A stretch of DNA of 64,000 nucleotides from Marsupella aquatica (Eukaryota > Plantae > Marchantiophyta), in contig OZ316897.1 of NCBI GenBank assembly GCA_973895155.1, positions 5,287,976 through 5,351,975 of the forward strand. Reading direction: 5' to 3'. This document shows positions 47,098-58,930 of this stretch, piece after piece. The notes beneath the pieces were generated by a model. The model did no database searches. It was given only the letters and a program-made list of their open reading frames with translations, and had not been told where the DNA came from. How positions within the stretch are numbered: position 1 is the stretch's first letter; every line of letters begins with the position of its first letter. A program made the translations under genes and the position numbers.

Positions 47098-50000
47098 TGT
47101 GACACGGGTAACATGTCACTTAACCGAACCCAGGTCATAGATTAGGTATTATACGGATGTTAGGACCGTAGCCGTAGCGTAGAATAGCACGTATAGCCGT
47201 CTGTTGCCATTATGAATAGATTAGGAGTAGGTTAAGATGACCAAATGATTACGAGTTCAAGAAGAGGATTATTACGCGCGACCGAGGTACGGTGGCGGCA
47301 GCGGAGTAAAAATCAGTTAGAAGAATCATGCTTGGACCGAGGTGCCGACTTCAACTCATTATCAATGACCCAAACGGCCTGGCCTTCTCACGCTCGGGCT
47401 CATCCTGGCACCCCCATAAGAGAGGAGCCGATGGCGCTGCGGGCCATTTGCTCATTTCCACCTTTTTGGAATTTGTAGACGTTGCCATCCACTCGCCTTT
47501 CTGATCGAATCAAGTCGACCTTTACAAGGAGATTATCGAGGGATAAGAGCGGAATGTGGCAAGATTTAGTCAAGATGAGAGAGGCCTCCACGAGAAAAAG
47601 GACCAACCGGGTGGGAACGTGGACTCAACGAACCGGACTATGAGGTTAGTATGACCCTTACAGCCTTGGGATTCTGGACCTTGTTTGGCAAGGTAGGTGC
47701 TAAGTTCTCCAAGACTTACTGGTACTCTTGTCCCGAGAAAGCCGCTTACGAACGAAGATACGCGAAGCTGGTGACCAAGGTAGCACTGGTTAATTGCGAA
47801 AGGACAGCCATCACCAGGGATTCCAGCTACAATGAGCTGCGAGACTACATCACCAAACTATATCTCAGCGAGGAAGGGCTTAGATCGGTAGCAGAGGCGA
47901 TTCTTGAAGTCCCAACGAAGTTCTTTAAGCTGAAGGGCAGCCAGCGGCTTACTCAAGCGGAGTTTGACAAGATTCCGGGGTACCTAGACCAGCAGATCGC
48001 AGCCGAAAAGCGTCAAGAAGACATCAGCAGACAACGGGAAGCGGCGCGTAATCTTATGTTCCTCGGGGAAAGCTCCAACGCCTTCAACTAGGATATGGCT
48101 ACCCTGATACCACTAGTGCCTCAGCCGATGACCATCGGCGTACCGCCGAACCGGTCCCAAGTCCGTCCAGTGATCAACATAGAGTGTTCTTCAGGTTCCG
48201 AGCGAGCTAGTCCGCAACTTGAACAACGTTCTCGTAAGCGGCCAAGGACGACGACGGCCCCCAAATCAACAACGCGAACCAACGCCACGCCTGCACCTAC
48301 CCCGGCAAACCCCCCGGCCAACCAGAACCGACGGCCCCCGGATAACCCGAAATCCAACTTATTACAGGTAATCCGCATCCCCGAAGTAGTCTGGATTGCG
48401 ATCAAGAAACTCGAACACGTGGACTATCTCAAGGAGCATCAGTTGGAGCAGTTCGCTTACTTGCTATGGAGGCCGTGCGCCACCGGGCCAAAGGAGATTT
48501 GTGAGTTCATCTCCAAGTTCGACACTAACGCATCGACCACCAAGGTTTTGGGGCAGGCCTTATCACTCACGGAGCATCGGTTAACGCAAATCTTCTGCCT
48601 GCCAACCGGGCCGGTGCCGGTTGAACTTCGAATTCGGGATAAGGAGTATACAGTGCGGCACTTCAAACCCGAGGGTAAGACGGACAACGGATACAAGCAG
48701 GGGTCGTGCACCAACTTAATCTGCATGGAGCGGCTTAACTTCATACGGACTACCCTACACATGATTGAGCCACGATCCGAGATTTCCCTCTGCACGATCG
48801 TGCAGGTGAAACAGTACAAACGGCGGAACTGGGCCCAATTCTTCTACCGAAGATTCTCGAGGGAGCTGAAGCGGGCTCAGGGTGGTATGGCTATTGGGGG
48901 GAAGACTTACTTGGGAAGCCATATCGCCATTATCCTCGCCTGGTACAAGGCACGGCGGGAGGCCAGAGGAAAGAATATGGCCACCTCAGCCCCAACTAAT
49001 GTCACCCCCGCCCCAGAGGAGGCAACCCCGAGCGCGCAAACTACCGTCCCTCGGGCAAACCCCGAGCCGGAAGCCCCGACTAATACTCCGCCACCTCCTC
49101 CTATGGAAATTCTGCCGCCCCCTTCCATCGAGCCTCCGCTACCCGCAATACAACCACCCCCAATCCCTCCACCACCTGAAGAAACCTTCCCCTCCCCAGC
49201 GCAGACTACGGAGGAGCTCATTGCCCCGCCCGAGGAACCACCGGTACCCGAGAGGATGGAGGACTACCAAGTAGCCCCGGGGACCATGGCCTACGACCTG
49301 GTCCAAAAGTTTAGCCAAACTATGTCTAGGGAGCTGGCGACGTACATCGGACAACAAGTCTCGGCGTACTTTCAACCAGCCTTCTTCATGTTAGAGCACC
49401 AACCACGGATCGTAAGCCGCTTGGAAGAAGAACTCATGGCGAAGGGGAATGAGATTGGGCGCCTCCAGATGCTGGTAGAGCACCTCGAAGAGGAGGCCAC
49501 TACCCGCCGTGAGGAGTTAGTCTGCACCGTCGAACAGAGGGACGGACTAACCCAGGAGTTAAGCGGAGCGCAAGCAGATCTCAAGAAGCTGGATGACACC
49601 GTGCTTCAATTATGCTCAGCATCTTCAGCTCGGGTTACCAGCCTGACCGACCTCAACAAACAATTCCTGCAGGCAGCGTAGCAGGTGGCGAGTCTCTCTG
49701 CCGAACGAGACAAATTGCTGGCGCAGGACCAGATCCATCGCGACTCCATTAACCAGCTCAACCTGGAGGTAGCGCGGCTCCAGACAGAGGCAGATGAAGC
49801 TGAAAATGAGGCGGAGGAGGCGGTGCGGGACAACAAGGCCTTGCAGGACCGCGTTACCCTGCTCGTCCTCCAGCGGGGAAAACCTGGGCCCACCTCTGAT
49901 CAAGGCGGCTCGAGGTCTCGCCCCGACAAGGGGACCAGCCCTGGTCCAACCACAGCACACACGTAAGGGGTAGTTAGCGAAGGGTGGAAGCAGGCGCCGC

Positions 50001-50865
50001 GCAAGGCAGTTAAGTCAGCGACATCTTTTGGTTAGGCGTAACGACAGAATGGCTGTCATTAGGCGCCGATTAGCGGCAGTAGGAAGAATTAGGGCCGGAT
50101 CAGTTAGGATCAGCCAACGTAGGATGGAGTCCATCAACGGACTTGATTTTTGTCAGTAGACTTGGCCATTGCCATTCCGGTCGGCACCCTTGTCGTCAAC
50201 GGTCAACCAGTCAGTGCGGCACGGCCAGTTAGTCAGAGGGTAGTTAGTCAGTAGGTAGTATCCCGGAAGGTAGTATCCTCCGGTTCTCTTCCGCGATTGT
50301 AGTATTTAGGCTTCCCCTTCCGCCATGGAGGGGGGAGAAGGCTTAGTACGTTATCTCAGCAGAAGAAAGGTGAGGCACGGGGAGTCCCGGCCTGAGCAGG
50401 GTCAGAGCGCACTAAGGAGTGAGAGCCAGAGTCGAGCTTGCTGGGCAAGTGCAAGGCGGGGCTTCGTAGAGACTGGGCATCGACTGCCGTTGGGCCTGCT
50501 AACCCCCTTTGAAGTCGAGTCAACCATGTAAACTGATGCTTCGCTGAGTAAATGTAGTCTTTTCCCTCTAATGTTTTTGCAAGTAACTGGTGTTGTGAGT
50601 ATGCTTTGTCTAGGCAAAGGCACCATTTTAAGGGACGTACCGGGTGCGGACTAATGGTAGGGATTGCCACCCATTGTATGTCACAAGGTTCTTTCGTGTC
50701 GATGGCTTGAAAAGCCCCAAGCCGGGAGTTAGTCCTAGTCACTAACTGAGGGAGGATTCCAGCGGTGGAAGATAAAAGATACCTATGACTAGTACAAATT
50801 GCTTAAGCTTTATACCAGTAAGTATATCGGCTTAGCCCGACTTAGGGCTAATCGGGGCCACTACA
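47098..50865 (+). mobile_element. Family III TGT..ACA ORF-bearing unit, complete (3768 bp), no visible TSD
   Basis: Termini TGTGACAC...GCCACTACA. The flanks are the two halves of the SET reading frame (GAG T|CA CCT). Confidence 0.85.
47651..49966 (+). pseudogene. Family III ORF (771 codons, two in-frame TAGs at 48089 and 49679)
   Basis: ORFs 47651-48091, 48095-49681 and 49685-49966 share one frame. Core NGYKQGSC..LNFIRTTLHMIEP, Pro-rich linker, coiled coil. Confidence 0.8.
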
Positions 50866-51476
50866 CACCTCCTTGCCCGAACCCTCACCCCTACTGGTGG
50901 TCGAGGTCACGCCATGGCACTAAACTGGATTTAAGGCCCAGGTTAGGGACACGACAAGAGCACCTCTTTCCTTACATTGGGGCTGTATATAACTCCAAGA
51001 GTTGGAATATTTTGTTGCATCAACACCCAAGTTGGGGGGTGTATGCATTGAGGATGGACTCAGACCCGGATGAGGTCTTCACTAGGCCGTGGCATTGCCG
51101 GATGATTGATGGTGACCCTATTCGAAACGGTAATTTAGCAGGGTACATCAATAGTACCACAGGTAGAGATAGAGGTTTGGAGGCTAATGTAGAGTGGATT
51201 CAAATGTTTGGTCCACCTAGACATCCATATTTTGTGAAACATATGGACGACCATATCATGACAGTAGCTGTTAGGACCATTAGAGCTAGTGAGGAGTTAT
51301 TGTGTGAGTATGAGTGGGATGCACCAAAATTGTCCTTGCATTGTCGTCCATGATAGTTTCTTGGACTTACATACATGTATATATATATGTCAGTTTATTT
51401 TACATGTTTACATGAGAATGATGTTGTTCAGCAGTGCATGTGTTGATGAGATTAATTAATTGATGTTGTATGATAG

Positions 51477-54400
51477 AATCAATATGTAATGCCTGATATT
51501 GGGGTAATATCACGAGCTATGCGACAACACCTTGTTGAGGCCATGGTGGCCAACCGTGGGCATGAACCGCAAAGGCAAGAGGATGGGGTACGACATGATG
51601 GTGATGATCCTATCCAAGACCATCTTGATCAGGAGAGGGCCATGGATGAGCTCATGGACCAATTCTATGATGATCACGATGACATTGGTTTGGAGGACAT
51701 TGGTTCAACCCATGAAAGGACTAGTCATCCACATCCTTCTAGGGGGTCCCAAGACAAGCAATGGGAGGAGGCGCAACATCATGCCCGTACTCGCATATTC
51801 GAGGGGAGTAGGTTATCTCGGCTCTCATCAATAATGTTGTTGCTCAACTTCCAGCAAAGACATGGGGCAAGCAATCTACTTTTGGATGATGTTTTCCGTA
51901 CCTTGCATGATCGTATTTTGCCAGTAGGCAATGCATTGCCAGCCTCTTGGAAAGAGGCTAAACAGGTGTTGAGGTCCATTGGCCTGAAGTATGAGGTGAT
52001 ACATGCATGTGTGGATGATTGCATTCTTTTTAGGGGTGAGCATGAAATGCCACTACATGTCCTAAATGTAAGAAGCCACGGTACGGTGATGACATGTTGA
52101 CGGGGAAGGTACCACAAAAGGTTATGAGGTACTTTCCTCTTATCCCTCGATTGCGACATCAATTCTGATGTGCAGAGTTGGCTGAGATGATGGTATGGCA
52201 CTCACAAAATTGTTCTGATATGGCTATACCCTCTAGTGCCATGCGGATGATGGTTGACTCTCATGCCAATCGATTTGTAGAGGATAGATGGGGAGAGTTC
52301 AAAATTGACCCACGACATGTTTGACTAGGCTTGGCAGCAGACGGTATCAGCCCTTTTGCATTGACAGGAAAAGCCAAACCATATTCGGTGTGGCCAGTAG
52401 TGTTGACAAACTACAACATCCCTCCTTGGATGGCCATGAAGAAAGGTCACCTACTACTCTCCATGATTATTCCGGGTCCTAAGCAAGTTAAAAAGATTGA
52501 TGTGTACTTGCAGCCATTGATTGATGAGTTGATACAACTGTGGAGAGGAGTGGATTGTTATGATGGACGTCACAACACAGGAGGTTTATCCCGCATATTT
52601 ACTCTAAAGGCCATCCTTATGTGGACCATGCATGATTTACCAGGTATGGTAAACCCTTATTTCCTCTAGTACCTAAACCTTGTATTTAATTGCAATTATG
52701 CAGATTTTTTCCTTGATGAACCTTATTTTATGAATGTGTTTTCTATGCACTGGGCAGGGTTTGGATATGTTTCTGGATTGCAAACATCAGGCTATCGAGC
52801 TTGCTCTACATGTGGACCCGATTTGGAGGGGGTGGCCAGGCCCAAGTCAAGTACTCTGCAAAAAATTGTTTACATTGGTCATACTAAATATCTTCCACCA
52901 GACCATCCTTGGAGGAGTGATCCATTCCTTTATGATACTGATGAGGGCCAACCTGATATTTGTCCTCAACCTCAGCGGAAGGATCCAGCATATTGGAGAG
53001 AGGTATGGGGGAGAATTCAGGATCCGAGTGATCCATTACCATTATTCAGATGTGGCATGACCCGTTTGTCTGCATTGTCACAATTGCCATATTGGTCAGA
53101 TATGCCCATTAATCACTTGTTAGACCCTATGCACATTGAGGGGAATGTGGGGAAATCATTGATTCGCCATCTATATGGGGAGAAAAATAACAATTGGAGA
53201 GAAAGTTGTGAGGAGATGGGGATGCATGGTCTTTTGGGTTTTTGGCCATCTTTGGACCCCCCTGGTGCTCCCCCTAGCATCCATCCTCCTTGGGTTTTGA
53301 CAAGGGCAGAGCGCATTGAGTTTCACAGACGTATTGGGTTGATGAGGTTTCCCATAGGTTATGGTACCAATCTTTGGAAGGCATTTGGGGGGGAGGATTC
53401 TCCAAAATGGCCATCTTTCTTGAAGACACATGATTATCATCGGTTGCTTGAACATGTTCTTCCAGTTGCTATTATTGGATTGGGTAGTGAGGAACTTCGT
53501 GATGCCCTTTGGTCATTGGGTAAGCTCTTAAGATGGGTATGTCAAAAGGAGGTACAGGAGGATGACATTGCTGCTATGGAGATATTTGGAGTAGAGGTTG
53601 TCTCCAAGTTGGAGAAGGCACTCCCTCCCTCATTCTTTGATGGTCAGGTTCATTTCCTCATACATTTAGTGCGCGAGGTTGCAATTGCAGGCCCAGTACA
53701 TTGTCGATGGATGTATTGGGTAGAGCGTTATATGGGGGTGATGAAGTCATATGTCTTTAATCGCGCTGTCGTTGGGATGGATAATAGAGGTAAGGAAGTG
53801 AAGGCCTTTTTCTCGAGTTGGAAATATTTGGTGAAGGGATTCAGTTTAGGAGTGAGTTTTGTTGTGTTGGAGAAAGTTCAAAAAGACAAAAGAGGAATAA
53901 ACAAGTGAAAGCTGAAGCTTAGACTTAAGGAAAAAGAGACAATTATTGTGGTTGAGACACATGGCATCCTGTGAGCACATTTCATAAGGGTCAGATTCAA
54001 AGTGAGACGCGAAGAGGAGGATCGGGAGGAAAATAACGGTCGATCAAAGAAGGAAGTTAGAGAGGAAGTTCGCGTGGAGAAAAAGAGGAAGGAAGTCGAG
54101 TGTGGTGTGCTCGATGGGCGGCAGGATTTTTTTGGAGTGAAAAAGTAACTTGGAAGAAGAGGGCGATGGTGAGGTTTTTGATGAGCAAAGGAAAAGGGCC
54201 GAGCTGTCGATCGTTGAGGCTGTTGAAAGACGTTTTGGAATGCTTAGAAGCTTGAGACATGGATGAGTGAGATTCAGCCGAAAGGGAATGTTGTTGTGTG
54301 TGTGGAGGTCTTGGGATTTACGAGAAGCAGAAGACGTTGGAGTGGACTTCGGGGAGAGAAGTCGATGGAAGTGACCGCGTGCTATGGGGTTCAGGAGAAA

Positions 54401-57400
54401 GGAACGGGCGAGTTGATTGGTGTGGATGGAGATTTGAGGATTTTCAGAAAGGCGACGGAGAACAGGCAATTCTCATCTCGACTGTATTCTAAGCGATGAA
54501 GGACAAGGAGTGGGGGCAATTTTTCTTTTGAATAGGTGCGATTTGATAAGAATAGAGGAGATGGTGATGAGATTCGGCGATGAGATGGTGCTGGCAACAA
54601 AAGCATGTGATTTATGTAGCGTGCACAGAAGGGGAGGTGGCGGGGACGTGAGATGAGATGAGGTAGAAAGAGGAGAACGAGAATTTCTGACGATGGCAAG
54701 GCGTTCAGAGTAAAGAGTGTGATAGACAGTTAAGGAAGAGAATCGAAGGGAGTTCATGAAAAGCTGATGTCAAGAGGAAGAAGCTATGGTGAGCTCGTAA
54801 GGGAGAGGAAGATTGACAGCCGGAGGCAGGAAATTTACTTTTTTTTAGGGAGTGAAAGCTTTTTTTTGAAAAGGAACGCGAGTGGTGAGAGGTGAAGCTA
54901 GGGTGAGAAAATAAAGGATCAAAGAGGACTTCTGGATCGGGGGAATAAAGAGAAGAACCGGAATGAGTGAACGGATGTACGAGGATAAGCAAGCCAAGCA
55001 GTAAATGCTCTCAGGGACGGAGCGAAGCGAAGGCGGAATGGAGAGGAATAGAAGGTTGATTGAATCGAACCCACATTTCCATTCCAGGCTTCAATTGAGT
55101 GAGAGCGTGGTTTTCGTGCTCTGAAACATTCCATTAGAGCATTTCCCTTTTTGCCGTTTGCCCAAAATCTTCGACTTCTTTTCGCGGTCATCTCGTCTGA
55201 CAACAAGGATTCCTATGCCGGAGGCTGCTAAGGGAGGCGCTGGAGCTCAAAGACGCCATCGACTCGAACGAAAGTAGATAAGGAGGAAAACGGCCGACAG
55301 TAAGCAGGAAGGGGAAGCGACTTGGAGAGACAGATTTATAAGTAGAAAGGTAGCGAAACAAAGCGCAGGGGCAGAGAGGACGAATGTACCGAAGAAATTG
55401 AGGAAGTAACCTGATGAATGAAGAAGAGCACATTTGGAGATTTTCAGGAGACAGAGTTCAAGCTGCAAACGCCCTTTGATAAGAATTAAAACCAAGAGGC
55501 TCAGAGTATTAAAGAAAAATGGTGGTGTGAATGATCAACCGTGTTCAGATGGAGAGCTTTCGAAAGAAGAAGAGAATTGAGGGACGATAAGCACTTACGA
55601 GCGGGTATCCCGGGCGAGAAAAGAAGCACAAGACAGGGAAAAAGCAATTTTGAAGCTTAGTTTAAAAGTAGGGAACCAGGCTTAAAGTAGGTTAAAGAAA
55701 AAGGAGAAAATTTAATAATAATAACCTAGAGGAAGGAAGCAGGATGGCAGGGAGAAAATTCTTCTTCCTTTGGGATTGGGAGGACAAGGAGATGGGGCAG
55801 GAAAGAAAGAATTATGGAGTGCTTAAAAAGGAGGAAAAGGAAGCCGAGAAGAAAGAGGCAAGACGACGTTTGAAGTTATGTAGTGAGTGCTTGGGGTTAA
55901 CAATTGATGATTAGCTAAGCAACCGTGAATAAGACCAGTTGAACCTGACCTGGAGACCTGACCTGACCTGAGTCGAAGCCCCATATGAGGAAGAACCGAC
56001 AATAATGACTTTGTAGACTAAAAAGATGTTGTAATTTCAAAACCTTAAAAGGGTTTAAAATGAATAAAAAGGAGAAGAAATAAAGAAGAGTGTTTCTGAA
56101 AAATCTTGGATGTTGCAAAAGTGTTGAAAATAGATTGAGTGAATTCTATCTATCCTGAAAACAAGGAATAAGAATAAGAGTTGAAAATTAAAATGACTTG
56201 ATTGATTTTTAAGGAGTGAACTAAAACAATTTTTGTTAAACCATCTATTATCTACAAAAAGCACCTTAGCTTGAACCAATAAGGAATAGAATGATTGAAT
56301 AGAGAAAATTGTTTGTTTTAAAGAAGCTAAAGTACGAAAGGAAAAATTATGCTAAATAGAACCTCTTAACTCGGATTGAAACACATTAAGAAAACTGATA
56401 CACATGTGATTAAAAGAAAGTAAGAAAGTCCCTAAACTATGTAAGAAACTAGTATTTCATACCGCCATTAACGGTTCCCCGGACAACGCTAGGGTGGAAG
56501 GTAGCATTGCGGAGCGTCATCTTGGAGTAGAGAGTATGTTTTACTGTACAAACATAGTTGCCACACTAGATCCTAGTGCTCCTAGGGGATGGATAGATGA
56601 GGCGGCACGAGAGGCTGACTACGAGGATGATAGACTCACTGGGGCATCTGGAGAGCGTCTCATAGGCTCAGCAGAGCGTTTACAGCTCACAACATTTATG
56701 TTGTATAACTCACCCAAGGTTGTCGGGGAGTGGACAACATTTTATGAGGAGGAGAAGCAAAACAGTCGACGCCCACGGTTATTTCCCAAGTTTCACCCAT
56801 ACATGAAGGAGAAGTTGTTAGAAGTGGATGCCCTAGTGGGTACCGGGGAGAGTGTATTACACTACCCAAACGTGACAGATAAACTTCGTACCTTGGTTCA
56901 TGGTCCACTACTTATAGTCACGACTCGGACTGCCATGTGGTCAAAGGGGAGACATTTTCGTGTGGAACGACTTGATGAGAAGAGGGCAGCTACACAGGAT
57001 TGTGGGGTGATGGGTTGGTTCACCCAAGATTCCCAGAGTAGCATGTCAGACATGAATCCCATTCGCTCCACCGTGGCCCATTATGGGAAGATTGAGGAGA
57101 TCCTAACAGTGAAGTACCATGCACATACTACTTTGGAGGAAGTGGTTTTCAAGTGCAAATGGTTCAAGATGAATCTTGTAGGCCACAATCGTACTTGTGA
57201 AGATGATGCATGCGGTTTTACTCGTTTGAAGACATCCGCAAATAGTGTCATCAGTTCCAACTGGAGGTCCTCAGATCCCTTTGCCTTCCCACATCACCTT
57301 GAGCAATGCTTTTACCTACCCTATCCCAATGACCCCAAGTGGTCCATTGTCATGCCGTATATTCCCAGATCACGGTCCATAGTCCAAGAGAGACCCAACG

Positions 57401-57441
57401 TAGTTGTAGTGGAAGATAGAGACATACCCCCCACGAGTTAG
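51477..57441 (+). pseudogene. CACTA TnpD transposase (Transposase_21, DUF4218, DUF4216), disrupted
   Basis: Motifs IHACVDDCILFRG, DGISPF..YSVWPV..YNIPPW, IDVYLQPLIDEL, DPMHIEGN, LKTHDYH, GPVHCRWMY.VER, NRA|RVEGSIAE and YGKIEEI..FKCKWF. Intron 52644-52757, a frameshift near 52045, premature stops and a solo-LTR insertion. Confidence 0.92.
53767..56485. mobile_element. Solo LTR (2719 bp) inserted in TnpD
   Basis: TGTC...GACA termini; 4-bp TSD GCGC/ACGC with one mismatch. Removing it restores AAT CGC GCT AGG GTG GAA (NRARVE). Confidence 0.88.
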
Positions 57442-58374
57442 TATAAATTGTAGACCCCACCATCTTCATGTATATTTTTACCGGCACTATCTTTTTATCG
57501 GCATTCTACGATTTTTCTCATTGTCCACAATTTCATGCAGTATACATATCTATTGCTTAAAGTATGCCCCATATCTGAATCCATTAATTCCATGCAACCT
57601 ATACATTGTAAAACACTAAAGTCCCATATGTCCCATTCAAATACCATCAAAAACATATCGGACACACATAAGTACTGCCAAAGCAAAAAACCCCTTCCCA
57701 TCCTCAAAGTATCAGATTTTCCGATACTATAACAATCGGAAGCCACTATCCGATACTCCACAGATCGGACGCTTAAGCCCGCAGCCGAGGAGGGGTCCAA
57801 TAGAAATTTCAACGGATAGTAACCGATACCTCAGCCTTCGCAAATGATTTCCGTTGTAACTAGTATCGGTAAATGTCCGAAACCAAACCTATTGGAATTA
57901 GCTTTCGATACTATTATTATCGGACGTCTGAAAAACATGTCGGCTCTCAATTTGCGATACAGGATGTTTCGGACATTGCCCGATATGATGGGTATTGGAT
58001 AAATTTTTCGATACAAAACATATTGGATAATAATGTCTGATTTTGGTAGTATCGGAAGTTCCGTAGCTGGGAGTATCGGAAGTTTTCCGTTGTGTTTAGT
58101 ATCGGGCGCGTTGAGAAACGCGTGTTTTTAGTATCGGAGAAGTGCCTAAAATGTACTAGTGAAAGGAGTCAAGAAAATTTAGAGAATTATTTAATCGGTG
58201 ATCAGCTTGATTGAGGCATGGAATTAGGTAGGAATGAAGACTCCATCAACAATTGTTTATAAAATATGGTGGATTAGGTAATCATCAGTTGCAGGCAACA
58301 AAGTGAAGCAGTCGTTGTCTAGAAAAACAAGTCGAATTGGAGAGATAATATCAAATTATAAGTCGTCAAAGTTG

Positions 58375-58930
58375 AAATTCGTGGAAAACGAATGGTAGGA
58401 AAACTCAGCGACACCAAATATTTTCTAGAGCCACATTCGCCTAACCAAATTGGCTGAAATTTGGTGTGAAGGTAAAAGGAAAGTAGGCGCAACTTTTGGC
58501 AAAGTATGAGCACCAATCAAGGTCTGGTTGGTGAGAGAAATATCAGATGCTAGAGGGGGTATGCAGCTCTTTATCTTTTGCTGAAAATCGGATTTCACTC
58601 ATTCAATCACACGAATGCGGCTATGGTCCATTGATTGGTGGGAAGGTGGTTGTTGTGATTAGTTGGGATTGTGAAGCACATGAGGAAGAAGGTAGGGGGT
58701 TGGAAAGGAAGGTCAAAATAGAGTTGGGAGTTTCAATCGCAAGTCGCCGAAACTGAAAATCGCAAAAATGATGAATAGAGAAAATTAGCGACAGTAAATA
58801 TTTTCTATAGCAACATTTGCTCAACCAAATTGACTGAAATTTGGTGTCAAGGTAGAAGGGAAGTAGACGCACCTTCTGGCAAAATATGAGCACCAACCAA
58901 GGTCTGGTTGGTGAGAGAAAAATCAGATGC
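58375..58930. repeat. ~175-bp diverged direct repeat inside the Athila-like LTR
   Basis: ..AAATATTTTCTA..CTGAAATTTGGTGT..CAAGGTCTGGTTGGTGAGAGAAA..TCAGATGC at ~58375-58550 and ~58755-58930. Confidence 0.85.

Larger units (their letters stand above)
46533..51353 (+). pseudogene. SET-domain methyltransferase-like exon within the CACTA (46533-47097 plus 50866-51353), split by a family III insertion
   Basis: SET-like motifs VKASSIGPDIGYGLFALEDI, LFPYIG, GNLAGYINS, ANVEW and AVRTIRASEELLCEY. Removing 47098-50865 restores one 351-codon frame with a single internal TGA at 46827. Confidence 0.8.
41291..58161 (+). mobile_element. Complete CACTA (En/Spm) DNA transposon, 16871 bp including two nested insertions
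   Basis: TIR CACTAGTACATTTT...AAAATGTACTAGTG (14/14), 3-bp TSD AAA, dense TCCGAT/ATCGGA subterminal repeats at ~41310-41800 and ~57650-58140, and transposase domains inside. Confidence 0.96.

Noticed and set aside
47098-50865. Helitron interpretation (no TSD, 3' hairpin)
   Set aside because: The ends are TGT/ACA rather than TC/CTRR, the target is not A|T, and related units have 5-bp TSDs.
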